Assembly (NCBI GenBank): GCA_013286205.1 | Contig: JABDGD010000005.1 | Span: 15,003 to 79,002, forward strand | Source: Candidatus Firestoneibacteriota bacterium | GTDB taxonomy: Bacteria; Oederibacteriota; Muellerivitia; Muellerivitales; Muellerivitaceae | DNA length: 64,000 nt | Direction of reading: 5' to 3' | Shown: one piece after another, positions 35,986-44,913 of the stretch | How positions within the stretch are numbered: the stretch's first letter is position 1 | How the letters are laid out: each line of letters begins with the position of its first letter | The notes under the pieces: model-generated | The model's input: the letters and a program-made list of their open reading frames with translations, nothing else | Database searches by the model: none | Told to the model about the DNA's origin: nothing | Position numbers and translations under genes: made by a program

Positions 35986-36462
35986 ATGCCCGTCGATCTT
36001 TCCATTTATCAATCAGCCCTGCCATATCGTGGATTTACAGAAGAAGATTGGACCGTTCTTTCCAACGCTTTAACCGAAGTGCCTGTCAAAGCGGGCGAGG
36101 TGATTTTCAAAGAAAATGCCCCGGGGGATGGGTTTTACTGGGTTCGATCGGGAAAGGTGCGTATCAGCCGTCAGGTAGTGCCTGAGGGCAAAACTAAAGC
36201 CCAGGAACAGCTGCTAACGGTGTTAACCGCCGGCAATATTTTCGGCGAAATGGCCTTGATCGATAAAGCGGCCCGGTCAGCGGACGCTATAGCGGACGGA
36301 GAAACAGTTATTCATCACATTAGCCAGTCAGAGTACGAGAAGCTCAAAAAAGATTATCCCGCTACCGCGCTTCGTATTCAGGACGTTTTGGCCCGTATTC
36401 TGTGTGCCCGTATGAGGGAAGCAAACCGTAGTTTTGAAGTGATTTACTTCTTATTCAGTTAG
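35986..36462 (+). CDS. Stand-alone cyclic-nucleotide-binding domain protein (paralogue of 6944-7399)
   Basis: FGEMALIDKAARSADAIA. AGGAGA SD before ATG 35986. No output domain. Confidence 0.8.
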   Translation: MPVDLSIYQSALPYRGFTEEDWTVLSNALTEVPVKAGEVIFKENAPGDGFYWVRSGKVRISRQVVPEGKTKAQEQLLTVLTAGNIFGEMALIDKAARSADAIADGETVIHHISQSEYEKLKKDYPATALRIQDVLARILCARMREANRSFEVIYFLFS

Positions 36463-36574
36463 GTTCTAGTCCCATAGTAATTACGGCGAAATCGTCTATA
36501 ATGCTTTTTCATCCTCTATAACACCTATCACAACAGGGCAGAGAGTGAGTTGTTCCACCTCTGGAGGAAGCCGA

Positions 36575-37321
36575 ATGAGTAGCCGTTATGTGCTGAAAAC
36601 CCCCGATGCCGAAATCGCAGAAATTTTTAAAGCGGAGCTGTTAGACCGTTTTAATCCCCACTACAACATTGGCCCTGGAATGGATATTCCAGTGGTGCGC
36701 TATGAGCCCGCTGAAAACAAACGTTCAATTCATAAACTCCATTGGGGTTTGGTGCCGGCCTGGGCCAAAGACCGCAAATTACAGCACAACAACTTTAACG
36801 CCCGCGCCGAAACGATCGGCGAGCTGGCTTCATTTAAGGCCGCCTATAAACAGCGCCGCTGTTTGATTCCGGCGGACGGCTTTTATGAATGGGACCGGTC
36901 GAAAAACATTCCAGCTCCTTACTTTTTTTGCATGGAAGATGAAGCGCCATTCGCTTTCGCGGGTATTTGGGAAAGCTGGAGCGTGACCGCCAATGACGGC
37001 ACGGTTCAAACCCTCGAGTCCTGCTGCATGGTGACGACGGACGCCAATAAGCTGATGACCAAAATTTACAACCGTATGCCGGTCATTGTGCCGGTGAAGA
37101 ATTATGACACCTGGCTAGACCCCATGTTTTTGGATACCTCTAACTTTAAAACCCTGCTGAAACCCTTTACGGCCCAGGGTATGAAAGCCTGGCCGGTAAG
37201 CCGGTCGATGACTGAAGGCAAAAATACCAAAGCCGGCTGTATGAAAAAGACCGGTGAGGAATTGGGGTTGTTGGAAGTCAAGAAAACAGTCAAACCCCGC
37301 AAGTTTTACGTCCCGCATTAA
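36575..37321 (+). CDS. SRAP (SOS-response-associated peptidase / YedK-HMCES) family protein, non-canonical N-terminus
   Basis: HYNIGPG, HWGLVPAW, NARAET and RCLIPADGFYEW motifs. The N-terminus is MSSRY instead of MCGR[FY]. GGAGGA SD. Confidence 0.85.
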   Translation: MSSRYVLKTPDAEIAEIFKAELLDRFNPHYNIGPGMDIPVVRYEPAENKRSIHKLHWGLVPAWAKDRKLQHNNFNARAETIGELASFKAAYKQRRCLIPADGFYEWDRSKNIPAPYFFCMEDEAPFAFAGIWESWSVTANDGTVQTLESCCMVTTDANKLMTKIYNRMPVIVPVKNYDTWLDPMFLDTSNFKTLLKPFTAQGMKAWPVSRSMTEGKNTKAGCMKKTGEELGLLEVKKTVKPRKFYVPH

Positions 37322-37431
37322 TACAAAGAACAAGACAATCTAGAGTGCCGGATTGATTATCGCCTGTAGAGGGGCTATGGTTTTTGAAGGGCCCCTCAAA
37401 GCGGTTGAAGCAGGGCACAGGGAGAAGTCTT

Positions 37432-37995
37432 ATGAAAAAAGCACTGCTATTTATCTTTATTCTGCTCACGGCGCTTGTGCCGCTGGCCTGTGGTAAAAAA
37501 AATACTGACGCTTCGCAAAAGGCTGCCGGAAGTCCAACGGCTACTGTAATCCCTTTGACCAATACACCCACGGTGAGTTTGACAACCGTTTGCGGATTTA
37601 CGCCCGTTAAGATGCCTGATGTGCCGGTAGATGGTTCGAATCCCAGTCCGGCTGTTTTGAGAAGCGTGGATGATTGGAATACCTTTTATTCAGGTCCCAA
37701 TGGTAAACCAATTCTTTTAACGCCTGTTCCGCCGCCAAAACCTCCAATCGATTTTAAAGAACAAATGCTCATTGTGATCGTTAAACCCTTTTGTCCTATT
37801 TCGGATGATTCGGTGGGCAAGGTATGCGTTGGTCCCAGCGGGGTAACGGTGACTCTGAATGAAAGGGAAGTATGTGAGCCCTGTAATGACCACGACCGTA
37901 TTGGCGCTCGAGCGGTCGCGGTCGCTGTTCCGCAATCCAATCAAGATGTCATATGGAATACGAATAACCTTCCGTGTGTCAAAACCAACCCATAA
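37432..37995 (+). CDS. Hypothetical lipoprotein (187 aa)
   Basis: MKKALLFIFILLTALVPLACG lipobox. Start moved to ATG 37432. Confidence 0.55.
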   Translation: MKKALLFIFILLTALVPLACGKKNTDASQKAAGSPTATVIPLTNTPTVSLTTVCGFTPVKMPDVPVDGSNPSPAVLRSVDDWNTFYSGPNGKPILLTPVPPPKPPIDFKEQMLIVIVKPFCPISDDSVGKVCVGPSGVTVTLNEREVCEPCNDHDRIGARAVAVAVPQSNQDVIWNTNNLPCVKTNP

Positions 37996-38139
37996 ACAGT
38001 CCACCTTAAATAAAAACTTCTTGAAATAATTCCTGAATGAAATTAGTATACAAGTGTATACCAATCAAAAGGCTCCCCTTTGGTTTCCCCCCAGACCCTT
38101 TTGATCGATGGCTCGCATCCGTAGTATTCAGGAGGCAGT

Positions 38140-38412
38140 ATGGAAAAGTGGCATGTGACGGTTTCTCCTGAAGCCGCGCGTAAACTGGAGAAGATCTATC
38201 TCAGCCATCCGCAGCTTCGTCCCGATATTTTGGCGCGTTTAAAAGCCCTGGAACATTTTCCGCCGCGGCAGTGGTTTTTTATCTATCAGCACCGGGGGAT
38301 CAAACTCTTTCGGGCGGAAACTCATCAAACCATCCGTTTGTCGGGGGAGGCGCATGCCGCCACTAAAACCGTACAAGTCACCTCCGCGGCGCTGCTTCGA
38401 AGACGGCCTTGA
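38140..38412 (+). CDS. Small protein with a RelE/ParE-like toxin pattern (tentative)
   Basis: W.VTVSPEAARKLEKI ... LKALEHFP ... KLFRAE..IRLSGE....V.V pattern. 90 aa. Confidence 0.35.
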   Translation: MEKWHVTVSPEAARKLEKIYLSHPQLRPDILARLKALEHFPPRQWFFIYQHRGIKLFRAETHQTIRLSGEAHAATKTVQVTSAALLRRRP

Positions 38413-38478
38413 CGATGTAATACAGATGCACTACACTAGGGCTTGTGGGTAGATCACCGCGGGGCAAGGGGTGGCGCT

Positions 38479-38799
38479 ATGAGAGGCATTAACTTTCGGC
38501 CTAAAGTTGATCCGGGTAAATTGCTGCAAATCGCCAAGAAACAAAACTATTCAGACTTATCGGGTTTTATTAACGACGCCATTGAAGAAAAAATCCGGCA
38601 TATTCATGAGGATCCACGGGATCACAAGCTCATCAATGACCTTAAAAAGGCCGTCTATGAATATAACGGCTGGTCTTTTTCCAAGCCGCCTGTCAAAGAA
38701 GCGGTTCAAATCAAAAAACGAGCGAAGGCCATGCGCGACGGCAAAACTAGGAGTATCCCTTTAGCGGACATCATTAAAAAACTAGAAAAACTGATCTAG
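38479..38799 (+). CDS. Small protein with an RHH/CopG-like N-terminus (tentative antitoxin or regulator)
   Basis: INFRPKVDPGKLLQIAKKQNYSDLSGFINDAIEEKI fits a strand-helix-helix. AAGGGG before ATG 38479. Confidence 0.35.
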   Translation: MRGINFRPKVDPGKLLQIAKKQNYSDLSGFINDAIEEKIRHIHEDPRDHKLINDLKKAVYEYNGWSFSKPPVKEAVQIKKRAKAMRDGKTRSIPLADIIKKLEKLI

Positions 38800-38802
38800 T
38801 CG

Positions 38803-39282
38803 ATGGCTCGTTTTACTGCGGTCATTCAAATAACCGGCATCAATCCTTATGTGACGGTACCAGTCAAAATCAGCAGGCCCTTCCAAATTAAAGGCTTTAT
38901 CCCTGTCAAAATCAAAGTGAACAACCATCCCTTTTTGGCCAATCTGGTGCCGGTGGGCGGTCATCGCCACCGCCTTTATTTGCACGGTGTGATGCGTAAA
39001 AGAGCCAAGGCTGATGTGGGCAACCGGGTGGTGATTGAGCTGGTTCATGACCCGAAGCCGCGTGTGGAGCCTATGCCGCCTTTGTTGATCAAAGTTTTAA
39101 AGACTAACGCGTCGGCCTATCAAAATTGGAAAAGCCTCAGTCCGTCCCGTAAAAAAGAAATAAACCGCTATATGAACCGGCTCAAATCCGAGGAGGCGGT
39201 TAAACGTACGTTTTCGAAAATTGTGAAGTATCTGACCGGTAAAGGTGATTGGTTCAACAGCCGTTTGAAGAAAGCCCAATAG
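38803..39282 (+). CDS. DUF1905 / YdeI-family protein
   Basis: N-terminal beta domain (..PVKIKVNNHPFLANLVPVGGHRHRLYL..) plus C-terminal WKSLSPSRKKEINRYMNRLKSEE, typical of YdeI/OmdA. Confidence 0.65.
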   Translation: MARFTAVIQITGINPYVTVPVKISRPFQIKGFIPVKIKVNNHPFLANLVPVGGHRHRLYLHGVMRKRAKADVGNRVVIELVHDPKPRVEPMPPLLIKVLKTNASAYQNWKSLSPSRKKEINRYMNRLKSEEAVKRTFSKIVKYLTGKGDWFNSRLKKAQ

Positions 39283-39377
39283 TTACTCATTTGTAACGCT
39301 CATTTTCACCCCGTGCCTTGATATATGAATGGGGAGGTCTAGAATCTTTCCGGAACCAATCGAAACAGGAGGCGGTC

Positions 39378-40277
39378 ATGTCGAAACGCATTTACACAGT
39401 CTTGGGAGCTACGGGCCATATCGGCCAAGTGATTACTGAAGAGCTTTTGAAGAAAGGCCACACCGTGATGGCTTTAGGACGCGATCCGAAGAAGTTGACG
39501 CCTCTCAAGGAAAAGGGCGCGCATATTATGTCCCCGGCTTTTAATGACAGCACCGCTTTGACGGAAGCTTTTAAGGGAGCGGACGGCGTGTTTACCATGA
39601 TCCCGCCTTCTTACGGCGCGGAAGATTTTGGGGTTTATCAAAACCAAACGGGCGAGGCCATTGCCCAGGCTTTAAAAGATTCGGACGTGAAACATCATTT
39701 ACTTTTAAGCTCCATCGGAGCGGATAAGCCGGCTGGCACGGGTCCCATCGCTAATTTGTATAGCCAAGAAAAACGTTTGGAAAAGATTTCTGGTTTAAAC
39801 AACCTCTTCCTTCGTCCCTCTTCCTTTATGGAAAATATTTTTTGGGCCATTCCGATCATTAAGGGCATGGGTATCTATGGATCGCCCATGCGTGCCGACT
39901 TGCCCATTCCCATGGTGGCCACGCATGATATTGGCGTGAAAGCTGCGGAGTTATTGGATAAGTTGGACTTTACGGGCAATACGGTATTTGAGCTGGGCGG
40001 ACCTAAGGCTCATACGATGAAAGAAGTAGCCTCCATTGTGGGTAAAGCCATCGGCAAGCCGGATTTAGCCTATGTGCAATTTCCCTATGAGGACGCCAAG
40101 AAGGGCATGATGGGCAGCGGCATGAACGCCAAGATGGCTGACATGATGATTGAGATGAACAAAGCTTTTAATGATGGTTTGGTGATGCCGACCCAATCGT
40201 TAACAGGCGACCATCAGGGTCATACGTCTTTAGAAGAATTTGTTAAGTTTGTGGCGGGAGCTTACGCCCAAGCCTAA
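39378..40277 (+). CDS. NmrA-like / atypical SDR NAD(P)-binding protein
   Basis: MSKRIYTVLGATGHIGQVITEELLKKGH Rossmann motif. CAGGAGG SD. Confidence 0.8.
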   Translation: MSKRIYTVLGATGHIGQVITEELLKKGHTVMALGRDPKKLTPLKEKGAHIMSPAFNDSTALTEAFKGADGVFTMIPPSYGAEDFGVYQNQTGEAIAQALKDSDVKHHLLLSSIGADKPAGTGPIANLYSQEKRLEKISGLNNLFLRPSSFMENIFWAIPIIKGMGIYGSPMRADLPIPMVATHDIGVKAAELLDKLDFTGNTVFELGGPKAHTMKEVASIVGKAIGKPDLAYVQFPYEDAKKGMMGSGMNAKMADMMIEMNKAFNDGLVMPTQSLTGDHQGHTSLEEFVKFVAGAYAQA

Positions 40278-40294
40278 GAAGTTAATGAGGAAGG

Positions 40295-40327
40295 GCGGAC
40301 CTGGGAAAACCCGGGTCCGCTTTTTTT
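40295..40327 (+). terminator. Rho-independent terminator
   Basis: GCGGACCTGGG-AAAA-CCCGGGTCCGC followed by T7. Confidence 0.85.
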
Positions 40328-40679
40328 ATTTCAGGAGCTTTTTGGGTGTGACCAGAACATAAGACAATTCGACTAATTGTTTAATCAGGCTATCCGGCAA
40401 AGACCCGTCCAGGGTCAAAGTGTTCCAATGTTTTTTGTTCATGTGATAGCCGGGAATAATGTTTTTGTGTTTTTTGCGTAATGCTTCTGACCAAAGCGGA
40501 TCGCACTTAAGATTGCTATACCAGACGCCTTCTTCCACCACTAAAGTCGCGAACATCTTGTTGTGGGATTTATAAACCGCGATTTCAGGCCCGAAGGGAA
40601 AGGTTTCTATCGCGCCTTTGTGTGATAGGAATAGTTTTTTATATTTTTGGTAGGTGCGGCCGGTGAACGGGGAAGACAT
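40326..40679 (-). CDS. MmcQ/YjbR-family protein
   Basis: ..FPFGPEIAVYKSHNKMFATL..NLKCDP..IIPGYHMNKKHWNTLTLDGSLP.. pattern. Confidence 0.7.
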   Translation of the reverse strand: MSSPFTGRTYQKYKKLFLSHKGAIETFPFGPEIAVYKSHNKMFATLVVEEGVWYSNLKCDPLWSEALRKKHKNIIPGYHMNKKHWNTLTLDGSLPDSLIKQLVELSYVLVTPKKLLK

Positions 40680-40681
40680 GG

Positions 40682-41662
40682 CTATTCGATGGGGATTTCT
40701 TGCAAGAACTGCTGGTTCAAATAAATCTCGGCATAGGCTTTACCAGTCACGTTTACGCCAATTTCCACATGATCTTTAGGCGATTCCATTTTGTTGTAGA
40801 TGGTCTTGGTGCCGGTGCCGTCAAAAATATCGATTTGCAAACGCTTGGGATTGCCCAAGGGCATATCGAACACCACTTTGGAGTAGCGGGGTTTGGAGTT
40901 GGCGTCCGCGCTTTTGGCACTCACGACAAAGGACACACTGTCTTTGGCCTGGATGTGAGTACCCGCGGGCGGATCCTGGCTTAACACCGTTCCCGAATCC
41001 AAATCGTCGTGAACTTCACTGCTGATCTTTTGAATGTTGATGCTGGCCGGGCGTAGGGTTTTAAACGCGTTCTCCAGAGGTTTGTGTTGAAGGTTGGGCA
41101 TTAAAAAGGACATGGCGGTCATGCCGTCTGAAATGAGTAAATCCACTTCAGTAGAGGATTCGGCCAGGTCGTCCGGCGCGGGGATTTGTGCGATGACGGT
41201 ATTGATCGGCTCAGTGGAATGAATCAGAGATTCGTGACCGGCCCGCAAGTGAACACCCGCCAGGCTGATTTGCGCTTCCGGCAAGGACTCGCCGATAACC
41301 GAGGGCACTTTGACTTTGGGATTACCCTTACTGATGACCACTTCGACAGTTTGACCCCGTTTGACGTAGCTGTTGGCCCGGGGAATTTGACCGGAGACTA
41401 AACCCGCCGGAATGCGGTCATCAAATTGCTGGCGGTCGATTTTCATCGAGAGCCCCTTAGAGGATAAAGCTCGTTCGGCCTGGCTTTGATCCATGCCGAT
41501 GATTTTAGGCACGATCATCGGCTGGTGTTTTTTCATGATGCTCATGGCAATAAGACCAGCAATCAAAGTGATGAGCGTAAACTTACTCAGCATTTCTGTG
41601 GCGCGCTTGATGAGGGCTTTTTCTGCCGGGGTGGCATTCAGGTTATCGATAGGGTTGTTCAT
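40682..41662 (-). CDS. PASTA-domain membrane protein
   Basis: One TM segment, then two PASTA-like units (VPKIIGMDQSQAERALSSKGL.., VPSVIGESLPEAQISLAGVHL..). Confidence 0.7.
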   Translation of the reverse strand: MNNPIDNLNATPAEKALIKRATEMLSKFTLITLIAGLIAMSIMKKHQPMIVPKIIGMDQSQAERALSSKGLSMKIDRQQFDDRIPAGLVSGQIPRANSYVKRGQTVEVVISKGNPKVKVPSVIGESLPEAQISLAGVHLRAGHESLIHSTEPINTVIAQIPAPDDLAESSTEVDLLISDGMTAMSFLMPNLQHKPLENAFKTLRPASINIQKISSEVHDDLDSGTVLSQDPPAGTHIQAKDSVSFVVSAKSADANSKPRYSKVVFDMPLGNPKRLQIDIFDGTGTKTIYNKMESPKDHVEIGVNVTGKAYAEIYLNQQFLQEIPIE

Positions 41663-41665
41663 TAT

Positions 41666-42739
41666 TTAAGCGCTCTTGTCGTTTTTGAAACCGAGTTGCC
41701 CGCAGGCCGCGGCGATATCCACGCCTTTGCGTTCCCGCAAGAAAACCATCAGGCCGCGGTTTTTCAAATCCTCACGGAAGGCCATAACTCTTTCCTCAGA
41801 CGGTGAGTCGTAGGGAAGGGTCGGTACGGGATTGTAGCGGATTAAATTAATCTTACAGAGCAAATCCTTACAGTAAGCCGCGAGTTTTTGCGCGTCTTCG
41901 GGGCGGTCGTTGACGTCTTTTAAAAGAATATATTCGAGCGTAATGGGCAAACGGCGTTTGTAGGTAAAGTCTTTCATCACTTTGCGCAATTGATCCAGAG
42001 GGTTTGAACGGTTAATGGGCATGAGTTGGCTGCGGATTTCGGGGTCGGCGCTGTGAAGCGAAACCGCCAAAGAAACTGGCCAATCGTCCTTAATAAACTT
42101 GGTCATGTGCTCAATGAGGCCAGAAGTTGAAACGGTCATGCGGCGGCGGCCCAGATTAAAGCCTTCGGGGTCATGCAGGATGCGCATGGCTTTTTGGGTG
42201 TAATCATAATTATCCATCGGCTCGCCCATACCCATGATGACCACGTTGGTAAAGTGCGTTTGAGAGTCTTGTTCCATAAACAAAATCTGGCTGACGATCT
42301 CAGCGGTGGTGAGGTTGCGCTTAAACTTGGGTACGCCGGTAGCGCAGAAAGAACATTTCATGCGGCATCCCGCCTGGGTGGAGAGACAGGCGGTGTAATG
42401 GCCTGGTTCGCCTTCTTCATCGATGGCCATGGGGATCAAGACACTTTCGACTTGAGCGGTTTGGCCGTGTTCGTCCGGCATCAGTTCCCATAAATACTTG
42501 GTAGTGCCGTCGCCGGAAACCTGCTTGGTGTGGAGCTTAAAAGTAGATAGGGTAGCTTTGGTATTGAGTTCTTCCCGCAGGGCTTTAGACAGGTCGGTCA
42601 TATCATCGAAGCTTTTGACCTTCTTCTTATATAACCATTGAAAAATCTGCTGGGCGTTATGGCGGGGCAGGCCCCAGCTGGTGATCAGTTGGGTCATTTC
42701 CTCGCGGGTTAGGTTGTAAAAGTTAATCGGGGTTTCCAT
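41666..42739 (-). CDS. rlmN: 23S rRNA/tRNA adenine-C2 methyltransferase RlmN (radical SAM)
   Basis: CRMKCSFCATG radical-SAM cluster, GMGEP, ISLHS-like VSLHSA, C-terminal DIAAACGQL. ATG 42739 with GAGGAA SD preferred over the upstream TTG. Confidence 0.95.
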   Translation of the reverse strand: METPINFYNLTREEMTQLITSWGLPRHNAQQIFQWLYKKKVKSFDDMTDLSKALREELNTKATLSTFKLHTKQVSGDGTTKYLWELMPDEHGQTAQVESVLIPMAIDEEGEPGHYTACLSTQAGCRMKCSFCATGVPKFKRNLTTAEIVSQILFMEQDSQTHFTNVVIMGMGEPMDNYDYTQKAMRILHDPEGFNLGRRRMTVSTSGLIEHMTKFIKDDWPVSLAVSLHSADPEIRSQLMPINRSNPLDQLRKVMKDFTYKRRLPITLEYILLKDVNDRPEDAQKLAAYCKDLLCKINLIRYNPVPTLPYDSPSEERVMAFREDLKNRGLMVFLRERKGVDIAAACGQLGFKNDKSA

Positions 42740-42891
42740 CAGTTCCTCAGGGTTTATCGTGGGCGGTAGTCTACCGTAGGTTTGACTCAAAAATAAGTGT
42801 TTCAGCCGTGATTTTCCAGGTTCATATCCTTGTCAAACCGCTGTTCTAACTGTTAAATAGGGGCGCTTTTACACCCCCTATGAGGAACGAC

Positions 42892-43767
42892 ATGTCCAAC
42901 TTACTTAAACTCGGATTACCTAAAGGCAGCCTTCAGGAATCCACCTTTCACCTCTTTGCCAAGGCGGGATACAAGATATCCTCAACCTCGCGCTCCTATT
43001 TTCCCAGCATTGACGACGCGGATATGAAACCGATGCTCATTCGCGCCCAAGAGATGAGCCGCTATGTGGAAGATGGAGTGTTGGATGTGGGCATTACGGG
43101 CCGGGACTGGGTCAAAGAAAACGGATCTAAGGTTCAGGAAGTCGCTGAACTCATTTATGCCAAAGTGGGCTTGAAACCCGTTCGTTGGGTATTGGCGGTG
43201 CCGGCTGACTCGAAGATTAAGTCCGCGAAGGATTTGCAGGGCAAACGTATCGCTACCGAATTGGTCAATGTGACCAAAGAGTATCTCGCTAAAAATGGTG
43301 TGACCGCTAATGTTGAGTTTTCCTGGGGAGCCACTGAGGCCAAGCCGCCCGAATTGGCCGATGCCATTATCGAAGTTACTGAAACAGGGTCGTCTTTGCG
43401 CGCTAATAACCTGATTATTTTGGAGACAGTTTTAGAATCCTCCACTGTGGTTATTGTGAATGCCTCAGCCTGGAACGATCCCTGGAAGAAAAAGAAGATT
43501 GAGAACATGGTACTACTGCTCAAGGGCGCTTTGGCCGCTCAAGAAAAAGTGGGTTTGAAGATGAACGTTCTTCGGACCAATTTAGAAAAAGTCATGAAGG
43601 TTCTGCCTGCTTTGAATTCGCCCACGATCGCAGAGATGTACAATAAAGACTGGGTTGATGTGGATACCGTGGTGGATGAGAAGATTGTGCGCGAAATCGT
43701 GCCGAAGCTCAAAGACGCGGGCGCTGAAGGCATTGTGGAATATCCTTTAAATAAAGTGATTCCCTGA
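42892..43767 (+). CDS. hisG: ATP phosphoribosyltransferase, long form
   Basis: [31 protein letters not shown] and [10 protein letters not shown] motifs plus the C-terminal regulatory domain. No other his genes are nearby. Confidence 0.92.
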   Translation: MSNLLKLGLPKGSLQESTFHLFAKAGYKISSTSRSYFPSIDDADMKPMLIRAQEMSRYVEDGVLDVGITGRDWVKENGSKVQEVAELIYAKVGLKPVRWVLAVPADSKIKSAKDLQGKRIATELVNVTKEYLAKNGVTANVEFSWGATEAKPPELADAIIEVTETGSSLRANNLIILETVLESSTVVIVNASAWNDPWKKKKIENMVLLLKGALAAQEKVGLKMNVLRTNLEKVMKVLPALNSPTIAEMYNKDWVDVDTVVDEKIVREIVPKLKDAGAEGIVEYPLNKVIP

Positions 43768-43857
43768 GAAGTTATTTGAAATGGTTGTTTGCTTCAAAAC
43801 TGTTTAATATGAAGTGGAATCATCTATGCTGCTGATTTATTTTTGAGGGGTTTATAT

Positions 43858-44778
43858 ATGAATAAGTTTTATATGGCTGTTTTGTCTCTTCTCTTCATGG
43901 GTGTGGTCTTTGGCTGTAATAAAAGCTATACCCTGGCACCGATTCCTGTTCCAACCTCGACTCCGACTCCTATAGCGACCAACACACCTTGCGGTTATCC
44001 CGGCTTTACCTGCACCTGGACTTTTACTACAACCAAAACTAATACGCCTACTGCAACCAGTACGCCGACCAATACTTCTTCACCTACATTTACCCGCACA
44101 TCCACTTGGACTGGTACGCCGACCAATACCTTTACGGCAACGGCTATCTATACCCCGACCGCTCTTCCCACACCGCAGGGCGTAATTGGTTTGTTAAATA
44201 ACACCACTAACTTACCTCTGGTGGCTTGGGCGAAAGATACCAATCCGAACATTAGCGGTTATAAGATTTATATGAGTACGGATGGTGTGACCTACTCCCT
44301 CTACGGAACTTACGCCAAGACTGTTTTTTCCACAACTTTATGCGCGGTGAACGATACGCCGGCGGGAACTACGTTTAATCGTTATTACTATGTAACCTCG
44401 ACGAATGGCGGAAGTCCTCCCGATAGTGTCCCTTCTCGGGTGGTTCACGCGGTTTCGGGTACAACGCTTAACGGAGGTTTAACCCTGGCCGTTTATTCCG
44501 GAGGAACTCCGGTAAATCTTCGAATTACAGGCGGATCGGCTCCGGGTGCGGTAAAGCGGGTATGGTTTGTTGAAGATTTTTCTTACAACCCCTACTGGAT
44601 GTGGGGTGAAGAAGCCGTGGTTTTAACCACTCCCAATTATGGGGCTCCCAGCGGAGGAGTCACTTATTACGCCGCAAGCGCTCTTTCGTCGGGGGCGACT
44701 TATTCTTTTGATACTTTTAGTTTGAATAGTGAAAATTGGGAAACGAATTGGACTTCACAGGGATTTATTTGCCCCTAA
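43858..44778 (+). CDS. Lipoprotein with a Thr/Pro-rich stalk and a C-terminal globular domain
   Basis: MNKFYMAVLSLLFMGVVFGC lipobox, a TPTPIATNTPCGYPGFTCTWTFTTTKTNTPTATSTPTNT.. stalk, then an Ig/FN3-like region. Confidence 0.6.
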   Translation: MNKFYMAVLSLLFMGVVFGCNKSYTLAPIPVPTSTPTPIATNTPCGYPGFTCTWTFTTTKTNTPTATSTPTNTSSPTFTRTSTWTGTPTNTFTATAIYTPTALPTPQGVIGLLNNTTNLPLVAWAKDTNPNISGYKIYMSTDGVTYSLYGTYAKTVFSTTLCAVNDTPAGTTFNRYYYVTSTNGGSPPDSVPSRVVHAVSGTTLNGGLTLAVYSGGTPVNLRITGGSAPGAVKRVWFVEDFSYNPYWMWGEEAVVLTTPNYGAPSGGVTYYAASALSSGATYSFDTFSLNSENWETNWTSQGFICP

Positions 44779-44805
44779 GTGCTTAACTTGGTTCAAAAAG
44801 TTGGT

Positions 44806-44845
44806 AAGCCTCATGTTCTTTGGAACGTGAGGCTTTTTATTTTCG
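44806..44845 (+). terminator. Rho-independent terminator
   Basis: AAGCCTCATGTTC-TTTG-GAACGTGAGGCTT 13-bp stem followed by a T-run. Confidence 0.85.
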
Positions 44846-44913
44846 GAACAGGTTTCGTGTCAGGGCTCGAATTTGGTTTATCATGGGTAAATCATTCGAG
44901 GTAATCTGAGTTT

